Below, piece by piece: positions 49,990 to 63,730 of a stretch of DNA of 64,000 nucleotides (within the stretch, counting starts at the first letter, position 1; each line of letters begins with the position of its first letter). The translations under genes and the position numbers were made by a program. A model generated the notes under the pieces. The model was not told the DNA's origin. It did no database searches and saw nothing but the letters and a program-made list of their open reading frames with translations. The DNA is from Octopus vulgaris. Taxonomy: Eukaryota. Where the stretch lies: assembly GCA_951406725.2 (NCBI GenBank), contig OX597819.1, forward strand, positions 117,118,001 to 117,182,000, read 5' to 3'.

Positions 49990-50720
49990 GCAAAAAATGC
50001 AAAACAAAAAGAGCTTTTCAGTGAATAGACTCCAGTTGCAAATGTCTGCAGATGTAATTATAATTCTAAGAAGACTTTTCTTAGCTAATATCCATATTTT
50101 TGTGAGTGCTCAAAACATATTTGGAAAGCTTCTCATGAAAGCATCCACATCATGAAGATCGGTTTAGTAACTTTAATTCTTTGAATTTGCTTTCTTTCGT
50201 CCGAATTCCTTTACACGTATGTGTCTATTCGAAGGAACTTTGATATCAAATATTTTGTAGTTTTATCTTCTCTGTCTTTCTTCATGATATTTGGCTGGCT
50301 TGTTCAAACTCTAAAATGGCGAAGGATATCATTCTTCTTCCATTCGATGACATTCTCCAGATGGTTTTCATATCAATTGATAGTATTTATAATTTGATGT
50401 GCTTTCATAGCTTTCTGTGCATGAACTGGCCAACTTTTTCATGGCGATTCCAATACTCATTTAGTATCAGTAGCTAACAACGCCTTCTTACATAAGACGG
50501 TCTACTTGCTATCATATTGTCCATAAATTCTGTACATGGTATATGCAACTATTTTAAAGATTCAGGCTTCATACAGTCTAGTAAGCATGTTTTGGTCGTG
50601 TGCTGCAATTATGGACACTGTCTCAACATTAATCTTGAAATTTGCAATTACCGATTGGCTGTTCTCATCTTTGAATCGGCAGCCTTCCTTCAGAGACCAT
50701 ATTGTCCATGCATGGAAGAT
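49990..50720 (-). mobile_element. Old degraded R4/Dong-like LINE 3' region; may extend upstream to ~52300
   Basis: MHGQY, ETVSIIAAHDQNMLTRLY, NEYWNRHEKVGQFMH, FDIKVPSNRHIRVKEF, paralleling 14230-14780. Confidence 0.7.
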
Positions 50721-52696
50721 TTTTCTTTTCCTATCTGTTTTCTATATTTTCCTACACTCACATTTTCATTACCTCCTTTCTGCTTTGCTTTCACGATGAC
50801 AGATATCCAGTGTTGCTCACATATTTCAAATATTATATTCGTAAGTCCCTACTGATCTAGGTATTTTATTACCATGTATGTAAAAGTTTGACATCTATCT
50901 CGTTCATTAATCGTATTTCTTTTTAACTCGATTTTGTACAGATACCTATACAGCACAAAATATCTCTGCTGACTGTGAAACTCTTGTCTGGCTTCAAAAG
51001 TAGTCCTTCAAATTTTCCGTAACGGAAAGCATAATATTCCCTGCGAAACCAATACTCCCCTCCTCTGCTTCCTCGGATTTCTTCGCTTCCTTCTTCCCAT
51101 TATCATATTTCCAAACTATTATTTCTGTTGCACAGATTTACTTTACTTTTGAGCGCAGATTACTATTTTCTGTTGTTTATACATATTTTGGAATTCTCTT
51201 TGTCCTATATCGCTTTTCCTGTGTATTTTATCATTCTTATGACTCACATTGTCTTCAAGATTATTTCTCTCAGGCCTCAATTTGACTCATCTCTATTTGT
51301 ATATTTGTATTCTTCCGAAACATTTGTTTTCTTCCTTTTCCAGCTACTTTATCATTACTCGGGAGTAATACTTCAATTTCTTCTCTTGCTGACGCTTGTC
51401 AAATCTATGTGGTGCAATAGCTTTGATCTCGAAGTGGCTGTCTATAAGTATTGGTATATCGCATCTTAATGTGGCATTGCCATTTTCTAACACCTCTTTT
51501 TGAGTAATTCAATCCATATTTTTTCCGTTGGAAATTCACCGCGGAAACACAACCCCTCGTACAAAAATCCCAATTCTTTTGTCTTTGTTGCGTGTGCACA
51601 CTTTCCCGAGAACTCAACACAACCACAGAAAATATAACAAATTGCATATTTCTTTTACCCCATATTTCACTGATACATATTCCATTATTTTTCTTTATCG
51701 GTATTTTATTCGTTTCGTGATGTTTGGAGAAGGCATATGAAAGGGATATAAACTTCAACGCAGCTTGTGCTGCATTCAGGTATCCTTTAGATTGAGCCTT
51801 GTAGCCGACATATTTCAACAGATATTTTTACACATTTTGCTTGTTTATTGCTTTAGTTATTACATTTATTATGATGTAAGAATTTTTTCTGATATTGATT
51901 TATTATAACTTTCTATAGACACGTTTCTTTAATTTAGATTGCATCTGTGATAAATATGAACATGTCAGATTTTGGTTGTTACACTCTCTATACGGTCGTC
52001 TGTTTTTCTTCCGTTTTACTGCCTCATTTTACTACGTTGTTTAACGTCCACTTCAGAATAATATAATAAACTACTAACTAGGCAGGGTATTTAATTAATT
52101 ATTTTTGAAGTTCGCTCTGATTTATGTAGTAAATTAATGCGTCTATATTTTTACATCCTCATATTTTCTGTCATATGTGTAAACATATTTTCTCTTGTGA
52201 GTCTACTTCATTGATTCGTATGTATTTGTATGCAGTTCTTTGATGTAATTCTCATTTCCTATCACGTTATTATTGCTCTTAATTAATTATCCTCTCTTCA
52301 AAGTTAACTTGGTGCATTTTAATAATCCTAATCTCGAATCAATATTTTAAAATTAATTCATCCACAGACTGAATTACTTTCTAGTCATCTGTCATTTGTT
52401 TAATTCAAGCTGAGTTAACTTCTATATAAAGAAATATGATTGTCTTACGACGTGTTGGTTAAAGGTGTGTCCTAGTGTATAACTTCTAAAGGGGTTGGGT
52501 TTTATTCATTTAAACCTTGGCCTCTACCTGCAAACCTCTTAGCCATTCTCTAAATTTTTAATTTTGTATTGTCTTACTTTTAGAACCTCTTTTCTCCTAT
52601 GTCCAAGATACAGTTGTGGTGCGGAACATTCTCAAAACATCTCACAAACACACACGTACACACATACCCACTCACACACACTCACACACACACACA

Positions 52697-53025
<329 letters not shown>

Positions 53026-53499
53026 AAAATATTCTCAAAATATCATACTCAAATTATTCGGAATCCCCCCCCCATTCCTTGCTGTCTTCAAGCCTGGATC
53101 TGTTAATATATTAATTGATCTTGTGTCTTTTTTACTTCCCCTTTTCAGACATACCATCAAATTATACAAGACACGGCCACATTGGTTTCCATTCTTTCCA
53201 AACATTTTATGAAATATTTATGGGTTGTGGACACTCCTGTTCTTAAGCCGTAGGATCTTCTATCAAGAGAGTATCTTGCTGCTGTTTCTAACACTCAAGC
53301 AACCTCGCGCATTCCTGGTACCTCAAACAATGGACGGATTGTATGGGATTGTCGACTTGTTTTATTATTATATATTATTGAATATTAAACGTGTTGAATC
53401 TTAGTTGAACTGTTTATTACAACCAATCTTCTTATCGACAGAAACAACGTTTCTTTTTCAAATCTCTTCAAACTTACTTCTTTAGGAAGACGCAAACAC

Positions 53500-54260
53500 A
53501 AATTTAAATTATTTGTACCAATTTCTCAATGTATACAATTACTCGTGTTTATTTGTAAACAACATTCAAATGATAAATTTAGTGCATCCACATATGCGTA
53601 CATTGTACATTTGATAAATGTCTAATTAAAAGTAAAATAGATTTGAATAATGAAGAAGGTCACAGCTTCTCATCAATTATTTACCTCTTTATTTGGCGCT
53701 ACTCTGCATTTAAAAGTTACGATATCAATATCACTGCAAGGAACGTGACTGTTCTCCACAATCATTGTCTAAATATAGTGGGCACTTCTGTTAAAAGTTC
53801 ACAATGTCAACCAACTAATTATTGCAATAAGTTAAGTGTCTCTGTAAAGGAGGTGCTTAACCCACTGTTATAAGTAAGACAATCCGTTAATAACCACGAT
53901 CTTTATCATCTAAATACGGAGAAACAATTGGGAAGACAAAGTTCTATGGCATAAAAACGATAACTGCTTGCGTGAATATACTTTTATGTTTGGCTGCTTG
54001 AAAACGAAAAGATATTCCTATGGATATTACAGTCACTCTTACAACACTGAAGTAGAAATGATGTTCCTTTCGTAAACCATAGCAGTTCAAGTCGATTAGT
54101 AACAAATAAAAACATTGACTATATGTTATCTGGTGTATAGAAGTACCTGCGTCTGTTGGAGATAATTCTCTTGTCTTTTAACCTGCAGTAATAGTCCAGT
54201 ACAATATCTAAATCTACAGAACTTATAGAATATATTCACCATATTCTTCACTCAAGCACC
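53500..54260 (-). pseudogene. Possible decayed rhodopsin-class GPCR (melatonin/moody-like pattern)
   Basis: SVVRVTVISIG..KHKSIFTQ (TM3/ICL2), CLTYNSGLSTSFT (ECL2), AVTFFII..F (TM6), QINTSNCIH*EIGTNN (TM7), in order. Confidence 0.3.
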
Positions 54261-54671
54261 ATACTACATAGCTATATGTAAGTCCAAAACACCGTGAGTT
54301 ACATGTCATAAATATATACACGTACACAGCCGTAAGGACGCAAAATTAAATCCATGCACACACTTTCTCTCTCTCACATACGTACATATGCATACACATG
54401 TGTGTTTTTATGTATGCATAGATGTATATGTATATACATATATTCTTCTTAAACACGAAAAATACTGAGAGTAACTTCGATGTTTCAGCTGGTTTAGTCA
54501 ACGCCAACCGACCGCAAATTAGAAATCAGTCAATGAAATACAAGTTTCAGATTAATATAATTCTACTCTTGAAAAGTATAGCGTACGTATCACATAAAAT
54601 TATAACTGAAAATTAACAGACACACAGACACACGCGTACACACATACGCACTCACACACACACACACAGGC

Positions 54672-55021
54672 CTGGTAATAAGCTTGATTCCCATACACAT
54701 GGTTCCGGGTTCAGTCCCACTGCGTAGAAATTTGGCCGTCTCCTACTATAGCTCCGGGTCGACCAAAGTCTTGTGATTGAATTTGGTAGGCGGAAACTGA
54801 AAGAAGCCCATCATATATATACATATACACACACAATACACATGTATGTGTGTGCGCATATTTGCGTGTCTGTGTTTACATCTCCATAACTTAGCAGTTC
54901 GGGAAAAGAGTGCGATAGAAGAAGTACTACGCTTACAAAGAATAAGTCCTGGGGTCGATTTGTTCGATTAACGGTGGTGCTTCAGGGTTGCCAGAATCAA
55001 ATGACTGAAACAAGTAAAAGA
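54672..55021 (+). mobile_element. SINE family A, nearly complete
   Basis: B-box-like GGTTCAGTCCC, body, and tail AAATGACTGAAACAAGTAAAAG. Confidence 0.8.
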
Positions 55022-55065
55022 AAAATACATAAACAAACTGATATATATATATATATATATATATA

Positions 55066-55945
55066 CTAGCATTAAAGACCCGTCGTTGCCGGGTCATAGT
55101 GCTAGTGCATGTATATATGTGTATATATATGTGTACATATTACATGTACATCTATATATATACATCTACACATAAAATGCAAAATACAAAGTTATATCTT
55201 GATATCGCTAGTGATAACAATACTCAAAATATTTAAGAGACTGGAATTGTTAGCTCTTCTTTTATCTCTACATTGTATACTTTATAGACAATAGTCTTTT
55301 CTTTAATTTAATTTTTTTATTATCCATCTGGACTATTCCATTTCTGAATGCTAATTTTATTTTTAAATTTATTCCCATTCATGTGAAACCATTTATTCAA
55401 GTTCAAATCATTGATGCAATTTTATACCAATTGCTATTTTTACTTTTGTTATGTTACGATTACATTATACTTTAGTTTGATTTTAATTATTACTTACTAC
55501 ATATAATCCAATTGTTATTATTATTTTTTATTGTTAAAGTGAAAGCATCTGACATAAAATAGAGAAATATTTTTGTTTCACTTTTAACACATGATACTGA
55601 AATAGTGGAGAAGATATGATATTGCTATGGGCTCGCTCTAGGCAAGAAGTTGAACATTTTTCTCCATGAAACTACATGGATCCTAATTAAGACATGTGTA
55701 AAATTTGAATGAAATTGGTTCTGTAGTTCTCAAGTTTTAGGGAATCGTAAGGTAGAAGATATGATAGTGCTGTGGGCTCGCCCTAACCAAAATGTTTAAT
55801 TTTGTTTTGCCGATGACACTCCCCGGACCCTATATAAGACATGTGTAAAATTTGAATGAAATTGGTTGTGTAGTTCTCAAGTTTTAGGGAAACACACAGA
55901 CAGACAGACAGACACACATTCTCAGTTTTATATATATATATATAT
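55066..55945 (-). mobile_element. Non-autonomous Helitron-like element
   Basis: Minus-strand 3' end GACCCG-GCAACGA-CGGGTC-TTTAATG-CTAG|T (hairpin plus CTAG). 5' end in (TA)n followed by (TCTG)n. Internal ~140-bp tandem repeat at 55609-55890. Confidence 0.7.
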
Positions 55946-55946
55946 A

Positions 55947-56066
55947 CTTTATTTAAAGCAGCAGAAAATTCAACAAAATCTGTTAATCTGAGTTTCTCGT
56001 TGCCGTGCATTAGACAGTTTTTGTTAGAAACTGATTTTGTTGAATTTTCTGCTGCTTTAAATAAAG
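55947..56066. repeat. Perfect 34-bp inverted repeat around a degenerate hammerhead-like spacer
   Basis: CTTTATTTAAAGCAGCAGAAAATTCAACAAAATC (55947-55980) and GATTTTGTTGAATTTTCTGCTGCTTTAAATAAAG (56033-56066). Confidence 0.9.
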
Positions 56067-56134
56067 CATATTACTCTACCACTGGTATTTGAGTACTCTT
56101 TTTTTCCACCTTGTTTCACATATGTGTTTACTCC

Positions 56135-56172
<38 letters not shown>

Positions 56173-56176
<4 letters not shown>

Positions 56177-56366
56177 CTAAATATCTCAGAAAGATATAAG
56201 TAGTAGTAGGATAGATTAGTTGTATACTCTCAACTTAATGTGACAGTCCGATGAAGGGAATCACATCTCTGCTATGTAGCCCTAGGAAGCAACACCGCGT
56301 CCTAGGGCTAAATAGCAGTTGTGCGTTCCTTCATCGGACTGTCACATTAAGTTGACAGTATACAAC
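56173..56366 (-). mobile_element. 148-bp fold-back (56219-56366) plus one-sided flank, same family as 23876
   Basis: Shares the GTTGTATACT.TCAA / TTGACAGTATACAAC ends and TAGCCCTAGGA / TCCTAGGGCTA inner arms with 23876-24059. Confidence 0.88.
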
Positions 56367-56389
56367 GAATCCCCCCTCTCTCTCTCTCC

Positions 56390-56431
<42 letters not shown>

Positions 56432-57529
56432 CTTTTCAAAGGAACGTTCTATGAGATTCAGTAGGTGTATGCAAAACATAAACACATACATACTGAGAGT
56501 GAAGCCGTTTGACAAGAGTATTGTAGTTTTTTTTCCGTGTCATCATGGCCAAAAATGTATACGTCCTCTTAAACCTATCAATCTTTCATGCTACTCAGCC
56601 TTAAGTTATAAGGTATATGTATGTGTTTCAGGTAGACTAGCATAACGCCTTTTAAATGACAAAACAATTTCATTTTCTAAATTTAGAAAGACCTACAACT
56701 TGCGTTCAGGATACCTAGCACAGTAACTCCAATTTTGTATGCACTGAATGTAATATATCTTTCAACAGCATTTCATTTCAAAAGCAATGACCTTTAAACG
56801 ACTTTCATCATCTGACGTCCATGATTCGCGCACACACTGAGTAGTTCAGATTACTATTGATCTAAAAAAAAGAAAGAAAAACGTATATGCTAATTCATTT
56901 TTATTCATATTCTTTTTTCAAAGAACGTCTCGTTTCGATAAAACCATTTTAGCAGCTGCAAATCACTGTTTTAGATTCTTTCATCTTTTTGATATTACAT
57001 ATACAATTGTTCTTCCCAAAATGTATGAATTTATTAATTTCTTGGAGCAACTTGCCTGCTGTTTCATTTTGATTGATTTTCTTTTTGTTTTTAAACGTTA
57101 TCATTATTATTCTTCTTGAAGCATTTATATGCATTTGATATCAACTTGCAGTTGGTTGAAATAGTACTGTTTTCTTTTCTTTTAGAGCTTTTCCGTTGCG
57201 AAAAGTAAAATCAATATCATGGCTGCCTGTTTTAACATTGACAGACAATACACACTCCTACACTTAACATTTAACAAACTTCTCATCCTCCTTGATTAAG
57301 ATTGTCTCCAAAAGATATGAGGACTTCCGTTATTTTGCATTTGAGAAAGAAATTCATTGAAATGGCTAGTTTTAAAAGTTACCTTTGTCTAACAACAACA
57401 ATTGCTTTAAGTCAGTTACGTTTGCATCTCTCAATACAAGACCTTCAAATAACAGTAGCGTATTTGTTTTAAATTCCAATATTCGATTCTTTAAATATTT
57501 GCTGATAATGGTATTGATCTCAAGTTTTA

Positions 57530-57893
57530 GCATAATGCCAGAAATTTTGGGAGACAGGTAAGTCGATGACATCAACCCTAACTCTCAACTGGTACATTAA
57601 GACCTCGAAATGATAAAGCGCAAAGTTAACCACGACGGAAATTGAACTCAGAACGTGAGGACTGTTGAAATGCCGATAAACCTTTAGCCCGGAAGATATG
57701 GATTCAGTGAGCTCGCCATCTTATTTAATAATAATATTTGTTTCAAATTTTGGCATAAGTCCTGGAATTTGGTGGGGAGGGGGCTAGTTGTTTATATCGA
57801 ACCCAATGTTCAACTGGTACTTAATTTATAGAAACCCGGAAGGATAAAATGCTAAGTCGACCTGAGCGGAATTTGAATCCAGAACGTGAAGAC
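57530..57893 (-). mobile_element. Two tandem degraded SINE family B copies
   Basis: GGAAATTGAACTCAGAACGT at ~57640 and GGAATTTGAATCCAGAACGT at ~57870, each preceded by CAACTGGTAC. Confidence 0.75.
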
Positions 57894-58484
57894 ATGATGC
57901 TAATATAAAAATATTTCTTTTTACTTATTGGGCGATTAGACATACATAATTTGTACTAACATAATTAGAATTTATCGGTTGGGAGGTGAACCCGCAACCG
58001 AAAATAAAACGAGTTTAGCGATGTTTCCATGCCATAATAGTTGACTGATATCTGGAATTACCCTTTACAATATGAAGATAGAGATGAAATGAGAGAAAGT
58101 AAAAGAGAGATACAGAGAAAATTAACATAGGAGAGGGAGGATGATGGGGTATTTGGGGTTTGATAGTAAAGAGGGGATGAAGGATGAGAGTAAACATTAG
58201 AGGGGTTTGGGGAAGGATTATAAAATGAAAAAGGATTTCGTTAATTGTATTTTAAGGTAATAAATAATGTTTCTTTTGAAAACTAGTATTCATTATATCA
58301 GTTTATTCTCGAAGGCAAAGTATTTGCTAAAAATTAAATTATAATTATGGTATCAATGTCATATTACCTGATATTAGTCGTTGGACTAAAATTACATTTG
58401 GAAAATCAGACGTTAGAAGACGGATAACAATCTAGTATAAAATAAAAATCCGAATGCATAAATGGTATATTCTTTTTAACGGCT

Positions 58485-58568
58485 TCTTCTTCTTCTTCTT
58501 CTTCTTCTTCTTCTTCTTCTTCTTCTTCTTCTTCTTCTTCTTCTTCTTCTTCTTCTTCTTCTTCTTCT
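58485..58568. repeat. (CTT)n microsatellite, possibly the (AAG)n tail of an unclassified minus-strand element at 58570-58830
   Basis: Repeat read directly; the tail interpretation is inference. Confidence 0.9.
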
Positions 58569-58834
58569 AATCAAGACTCACGCAATTAGCCACTTAGAAT
58601 AATCTCCAATTCGAGCCTACTCTAAGCTAATAAGAATGCGTGTGGCGACTTGAAGATCCACCCACCCCACGCGATAGACTGGCGGTTTCACGGGCACAAA
58701 AGCGACGTTGTTATCCTAATTCCATAAACGGTGGCTTTAAACGAGTGGAGAGCTAAGCCATCCTTGGGTACCGAGGATTCGCAATTTAGACTAGGGTCTG
58801 AAAAGGTACCACACCATATGGGTTACACCATGGT

Positions 58835-59030
58835 TCCTCTACTTTGGGGCAGAAGTAGGAAGAAAGAGTGAGAGAAAGTTTATAGCGAGGTGCACCCTGC
58901 CCTGCCGGAGCCTCGTGGAGATTAGCTGTATTTGCTCAATAAACACTCACAATGCCCGGTCTGCAAATCAAAACCGCATTCTTACAACCACGATCCGCTG
59001 CCCTAACCACTGGGCCATTGCACCTCCACT
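58835..59030 (-). mobile_element. tRNA-derived SINE (family C) fragment
   Basis: Minus strand GGAGGTGCAATGGCCCAGTGGTTAGGGCAGCGG (A-box-like) and GGTTTTGATTTG (decayed B-box). Confidence 0.6.
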
Positions 59031-59329
59031 ACTGTTATTGCTGTCTGTCTCCACTATAATTCATATATAATTTTTTATAATTTCTAATAACCTTATACTT
59101 CCGCTGTGTTTTCACTCACAAGTCCTTCATTAGAAGTTTGACGAAGATTTTATCATACAATTTCCCGCCAAATGGAAAGGTATTTCTTTCCTCTTCTACT
59201 TTGCTGTTTGTTTTTGTTTTTGGTCTTTTTGCATCCAATTTCTAGACTTTGATTGTAAACCAAAGCCATCATAAATATACACATGATATAGTATACTGTT
59301 TATAATGTATTTCATCGAATATAAATCGA

Positions 59330-60050
59330 TGAACCGTTTATTGGAGCGGATCTCCAAAACCACAACCGTGCCACAGCTGTACTGGTGTGACGAATTCAAG
59401 GGATTTGGAAATACCATTTCTCGTGTACAACGACTAAGACAAATGTGTGATGTCCAGAAAACATGGAGAACATTCTGCTGACCCTCTTTGGCTAATGTCA
59501 CACTTCAGTAAAATCTTAATAATGCCATGCGCTTCATTTTCTATAATAGTATGGAGGTGTGGCATTTTGATGGAAATAGTACTCCACATCTTTACAGTCT
59601 TCTTGAATGATTGGCCTGATAGATTATCGCAGCAGGTTTATGTAAATGGGACGAGTCACTAGTCTAATTCGTCCATTCGATAATGAGCTGTTCGTTGCAT
59701 CAAATGCCACTCACAGACACAATTATTCTGTCCAGATCCGCTTCAAAATGCTCGGGCGCTCCATTTCGAAATTACTACCTCACAACACAATTATCACACA
59801 ACTTAACCTAGATGCTGGCCGAAAGTTTCTAGTTAATTGCTTTTTAAGACTTGTCAGTATTGTCATCTGAAACGTGTCTTGTCCACATAGAAGAGTTTCA
59901 GTATTCATCAGCGATATCTTGAATTCCAGTGATGTCTAATCACGTAGGCGGGCCTTTCGAACCTCCCTCCTGAGCTATCTGTGCATTTCTATCGCCTTTA
60001 CAAACTTGAAATAGAACTTCGAGAATATTGTTTTCTTTTCAAACCTTAGT
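59330..60050 (-). mobile_element. Degraded Tc1-like transposase
   Basis: RKTIFSK/ILEVLF N-terminal region, then YFHQNATPPYY and SQRGSAECSPCFLD resembling FQQDGAPPHY and RG..EWPPRSPD. Confidence 0.55.
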
Positions 60051-60245
60051 CTGGTTGCCTTCAGTATTTAAAAACTAAAAAATAAATTAACTCAATTATC
60101 AGCTATTAATATGTGTACGTATATATATATTTTACAGTTTATCATATATATGTGAGTGTGTGTGAATGGAGCTATTTTCATCTCTCCCTTGCTCTCCCTC
60201 TCCTTTTCTCTCTCTCTCCCTCCCCCTCTCTTTCTCTCTCTCTCC

Positions 60246-60297
<52 letters not shown>

Positions 60298-60497
60298 GTA
60301 AATATCAAATGATGAAATGAGTGCACAACATTGCATTGGTGGATAGATAATATCTTTATTCGTAAATTAAGGCTACCATTGTTTTCATGTTAGGAATAAG
60401 TAGGAAAATGTCCTAGAGTCTTAACAATTTTTCATGCCTCTCGGACGTAAGGACGTATGGATATTCTACCTCCTCCAGGCCGATTCTATACCATCTC

Positions 60498-60690
60498 CGA
60501 AATTTTGGGGGAGGAAGGAGGCAGTCAATTAGAACGACCCCAACACATAACTGGTACTTAATTTGTCGACCCCGAAAGGATGAAAGGCAAAGTAGACCTC
60601 GGCAGAATTTGAACTCAGAACGTAGAGACAGGTGGAATACTGCTAAGCATTTTGCCCGGCTTGCTAACGTTTCTGCCAGCTCGTCGCCTT
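60498..60690 (-). mobile_element. SINE family B
   Basis: AACTGGTACTTAATTTGTCGACCCCGAAAGGATGAAAGGC..GAATTTGAACTCAGAACG..TGCCAGCTCGTCGCCTT. Confidence 0.85.
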
Positions 60691-61210
60691 ACTCTCCCGC
60701 TCAATACAACAACACCTTTCTACCCGCAAAATGCATCTTTCAGTGCTTGGCATACCTAACACCATTCATCGACTAAATTTACAATTGGCTCGCGCAAATT
60801 CTCTACCAATCTCAACTAACACCCTCTCCATAGACAGTTTTTTTCCCGAAGACAAAATTAAAGATTATGCATATAAATCATTGTAATATTCGTATTAAAT
60901 ATCAAATGCGCGAGGACACGTTTATATTATAATTTGATAGATGCATTTTCCTCCTCATGAATACACACACACATGCGCACACACATACAGACATAACAGA
61001 CGTTCGCGAAGACACGTACACAGTAATGTAGATACAAAATAGAGGCGGTTAAGCACACTATAATTAATCATTCACATTTCTTACATATATAAAACTGTTC
61101 ATGCACAACCAGTAACACGTACGCAGACACAGTGATCAAAGACACTCACCAACGATTAGTTCAGTAGTTATCTGAGTAACGTTAATGAAGAGACAACTAC
61201 TACTGAAAAA

Positions 61211-61510
61211 AGGCGGCGAGTTGGAAGAAACGTTAGCGCGCCGGCAGAATGCTTAGCGGTGTTTCGTCTGACTTTACTTTCTGAGTTCAAATTTCGCCGA
61301 GGTCGACTTTGACTTTCATCCTTTCAGGGCCGATAAATTAAGTACCAGTTACGCACTGGAGTCGATGTAATCGAATTATTCCGTTTGTCTGTCTTGTTTG
61401 TCCTCTCTGTGTTTAGCCCCTTATGGGTAGTAAAGAAATAGGTATTTCGTCTGTCTTCACTTTCTGAGTTCAAATTCCGCCGAGGTCAACTTTGCCTTTT
61501 ATCCTTTTAA
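61211..61510 (+). mobile_element. SINE family B, full length plus a partial tandem copy
   Basis: AGGCGGCGAGTTGGAAGAAACGTTAGC..GAGTTCAAATT; GGTATTTCGTCTG..GAGTTCAAATTCC recurs at 61441-61510. Confidence 0.85.
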
Positions 61511-62089
61511 GTTGATCCGTAGTGATCATAATAAAGACTTTAACTGCTACTGAAAAACAGGTATAGTCAACGCTCACACACTACACTACGAGCATAAATT
61601 CCAAATCCATGCTACTCACACACAATTTTGTATATTTTCTCAAATTTACAAAAAAAAAAAAAATGCACCGCTTTACTTCCGGAGAATCAGTACCGACCTG
61701 AAAAAGCCATAGAACTTATCGTAACAAAATTACTCTTTTAGAAATATTCTTGCATTTTTTCCTTTCCTAATGGCTGAGTATTTTTTTTTCTTTTTGCTTC
61801 TCTCTTTCTTTCTCTACTATCCAATCAAAAAGACAAATTCAAAAAGTCTTTATTCATTAAGTCTGTCCATTCTTGCGAGTTTCATTGTCATAATATTGAT
61901 TGTGCACTCACCACGTCGTTATAAGTGATTTATGTATTTTATATTTTTCCTCATATACATATATATATATATGTGTGCGTGTATACATACATATATATAT
62001 AGACACACACATACAGACACACACACACATACACACTCACACTAACACACACATATAAATATGTCTGCGTGTGAGTGTGTTTGTGTATA

Positions 62090-63248
62090 ACTAGAACTTC
62101 GGAGAAAATATCTTACGCTGTTTGTTCTGAGTTTTGCAGTATGATTAGATAGCCAACGAAGGTCAGTTTAGAGCTGCATGCTTCCGTTGCCGGTAAATGT
62201 TAGGAATATTCAAGTTTAGCCTGCGCTCAAATTGGAGGTCTTCCAAATCTGTGAGGCACGGTTATTTTCGTTACGAGCTATGCGAGACCAGCCACGTAAG
62301 AACCAAATATTTCATACGAAACATCGACTATCTAAAGAGTATTCGCAAGAAAATTTACAGGGTAATCGGTCTAAATTTGACGATATTTTGTCTTCGTTTT
62401 TCAGGGATACCTTCATGTATTGGTAACCGTAAACAGCGGGGAAATGCATAGAGATTAAAGATGTAGTAGGGGAAAAGTTAGATGATATGGAGGATGGAAG
62501 CCTGCTGAATATTGGTAAAGAATAATATCTATCACGACGAAGCGTGTGGGATATCAAAATATCAACACTATGACTGATGCTCCATACTGTGAATACTGCG
62601 AAGAGGGTAGTTGCAATGGAGCCCGCAGGGCGTTGCCAAAAGGAAGTGGCACAGCAGGCGTTCTGACAACGTCTCCATACCGTGGTTTACCCACTAATCT
62701 TTAAGCTGGGTTTTCAGTGCAAATTAGAGGGCCATGTGAAGCTACTGGAGACTGAGATCAACCTTGGCTGGAGAGACTTGCTGCAAGGAGGCTATATGGT
62801 ATGCGGCAGGATTTGCTTCCTTGTCATATTCACGGAAAGTTCCAGAAGTGGTTGCCGGAGTATCACTACGACTTGACAAGCCTCATTTCAGTCCTCCTAA
62901 TTCTTCATGGATCATTAACTGGGGGAAAAGTTTATGGAGGATTGATCTGCTGGTAATGACTGCTGCAAGCAACGCCAAGGCCGAGCTAGTGGGAACATCA
63001 AGGAGCTCTTCGAAGATCTATCCAGAGATAGAGTAAGGAACGCATGTGGCAGGTTCCGGAATCGTCTCCATACTGTGGTGGAAAGTGCGGTCGACTTTTT
63101 TGACTGAACTGTTAAATGCTAGTCATAATCTTGACACTTTTTAATCATTAAAAATAGTTTAAATTTCGGATGTGACATTGTTTTTTATTTATTTCTTTCG
63201 TTTTTTTTCCAGTTAAGCAAACAATGAGATTTTGCCGTCACATTCTAT
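62090..63248 (+). mobile_element. Degraded Tc1/mariner (maT/DD37D-like) element
   Basis: PWLERLAARRLY..RQD..PCH..QKWL..SPPNS..KAEL..IKELFEDLSRDRVRNACGRFRNRLHTVVE. Same type as 17488-18030. Confidence 0.75.
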
Positions 63249-63552
63249 ATTCTTGCATAACAGCATCGGACGTTCAGCTAAAATAGTATAAATGCCTTAT
63301 GGCTTACTGAGTCACCTTTCTGCAGGTTCTAAAAAGATATTTAAATCTTATTTAATGAAGAGTTGGTGGCATAATCGAAAACTATAAGGTGATGTGCATT
63401 TGCATGCTCTGTACTTCTAATTCTCCTGTGCAATATAATCTTTTTTGTCTCTCACTCACTTCCCCTCTCCCTCTCTTACACACTCAACATATTATAAGTG
63501 TGTGTATATATATATATATATATATGTATGTTCATATATATCTCTATATGTA

Positions 63553-63592
<40 letters not shown>

Positions 63593-63618
63593 CGTACATA
63601 CATGTACATACATACATG

Positions 63619-63660
<42 letters not shown>

Positions 63661-63673
63661 CATATGCACATAT

Positions 63674-63730
<57 letters not shown>

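Noticed and set aside
51128-51469. Hydrophobic 113-aa ORF resembling GPCR TM1-TM2
   Set aside because: Antisense to an A-rich probable LINE region; T-rich codons explain the hydrophobicity.
53300-53450. QVDNPIQSVHCLRYQE, hAT-like HCxxHQE motif, minus strand
   Set aside because: Single short motif with no TIRs or further domain support.
59880-59915. Minus-strand CTGATGA-ATACT-GAAAC
   Set aside because: Stem II is too short, there is no stem I, and it lies inside a Tc1 coding relic.
61211-61300. tRNA-like sequences with A/B boxes, here and in the other SINE heads
   Set aside because: No complete cloverleaf; each continues into a SINE body, so they are not tRNA genes.
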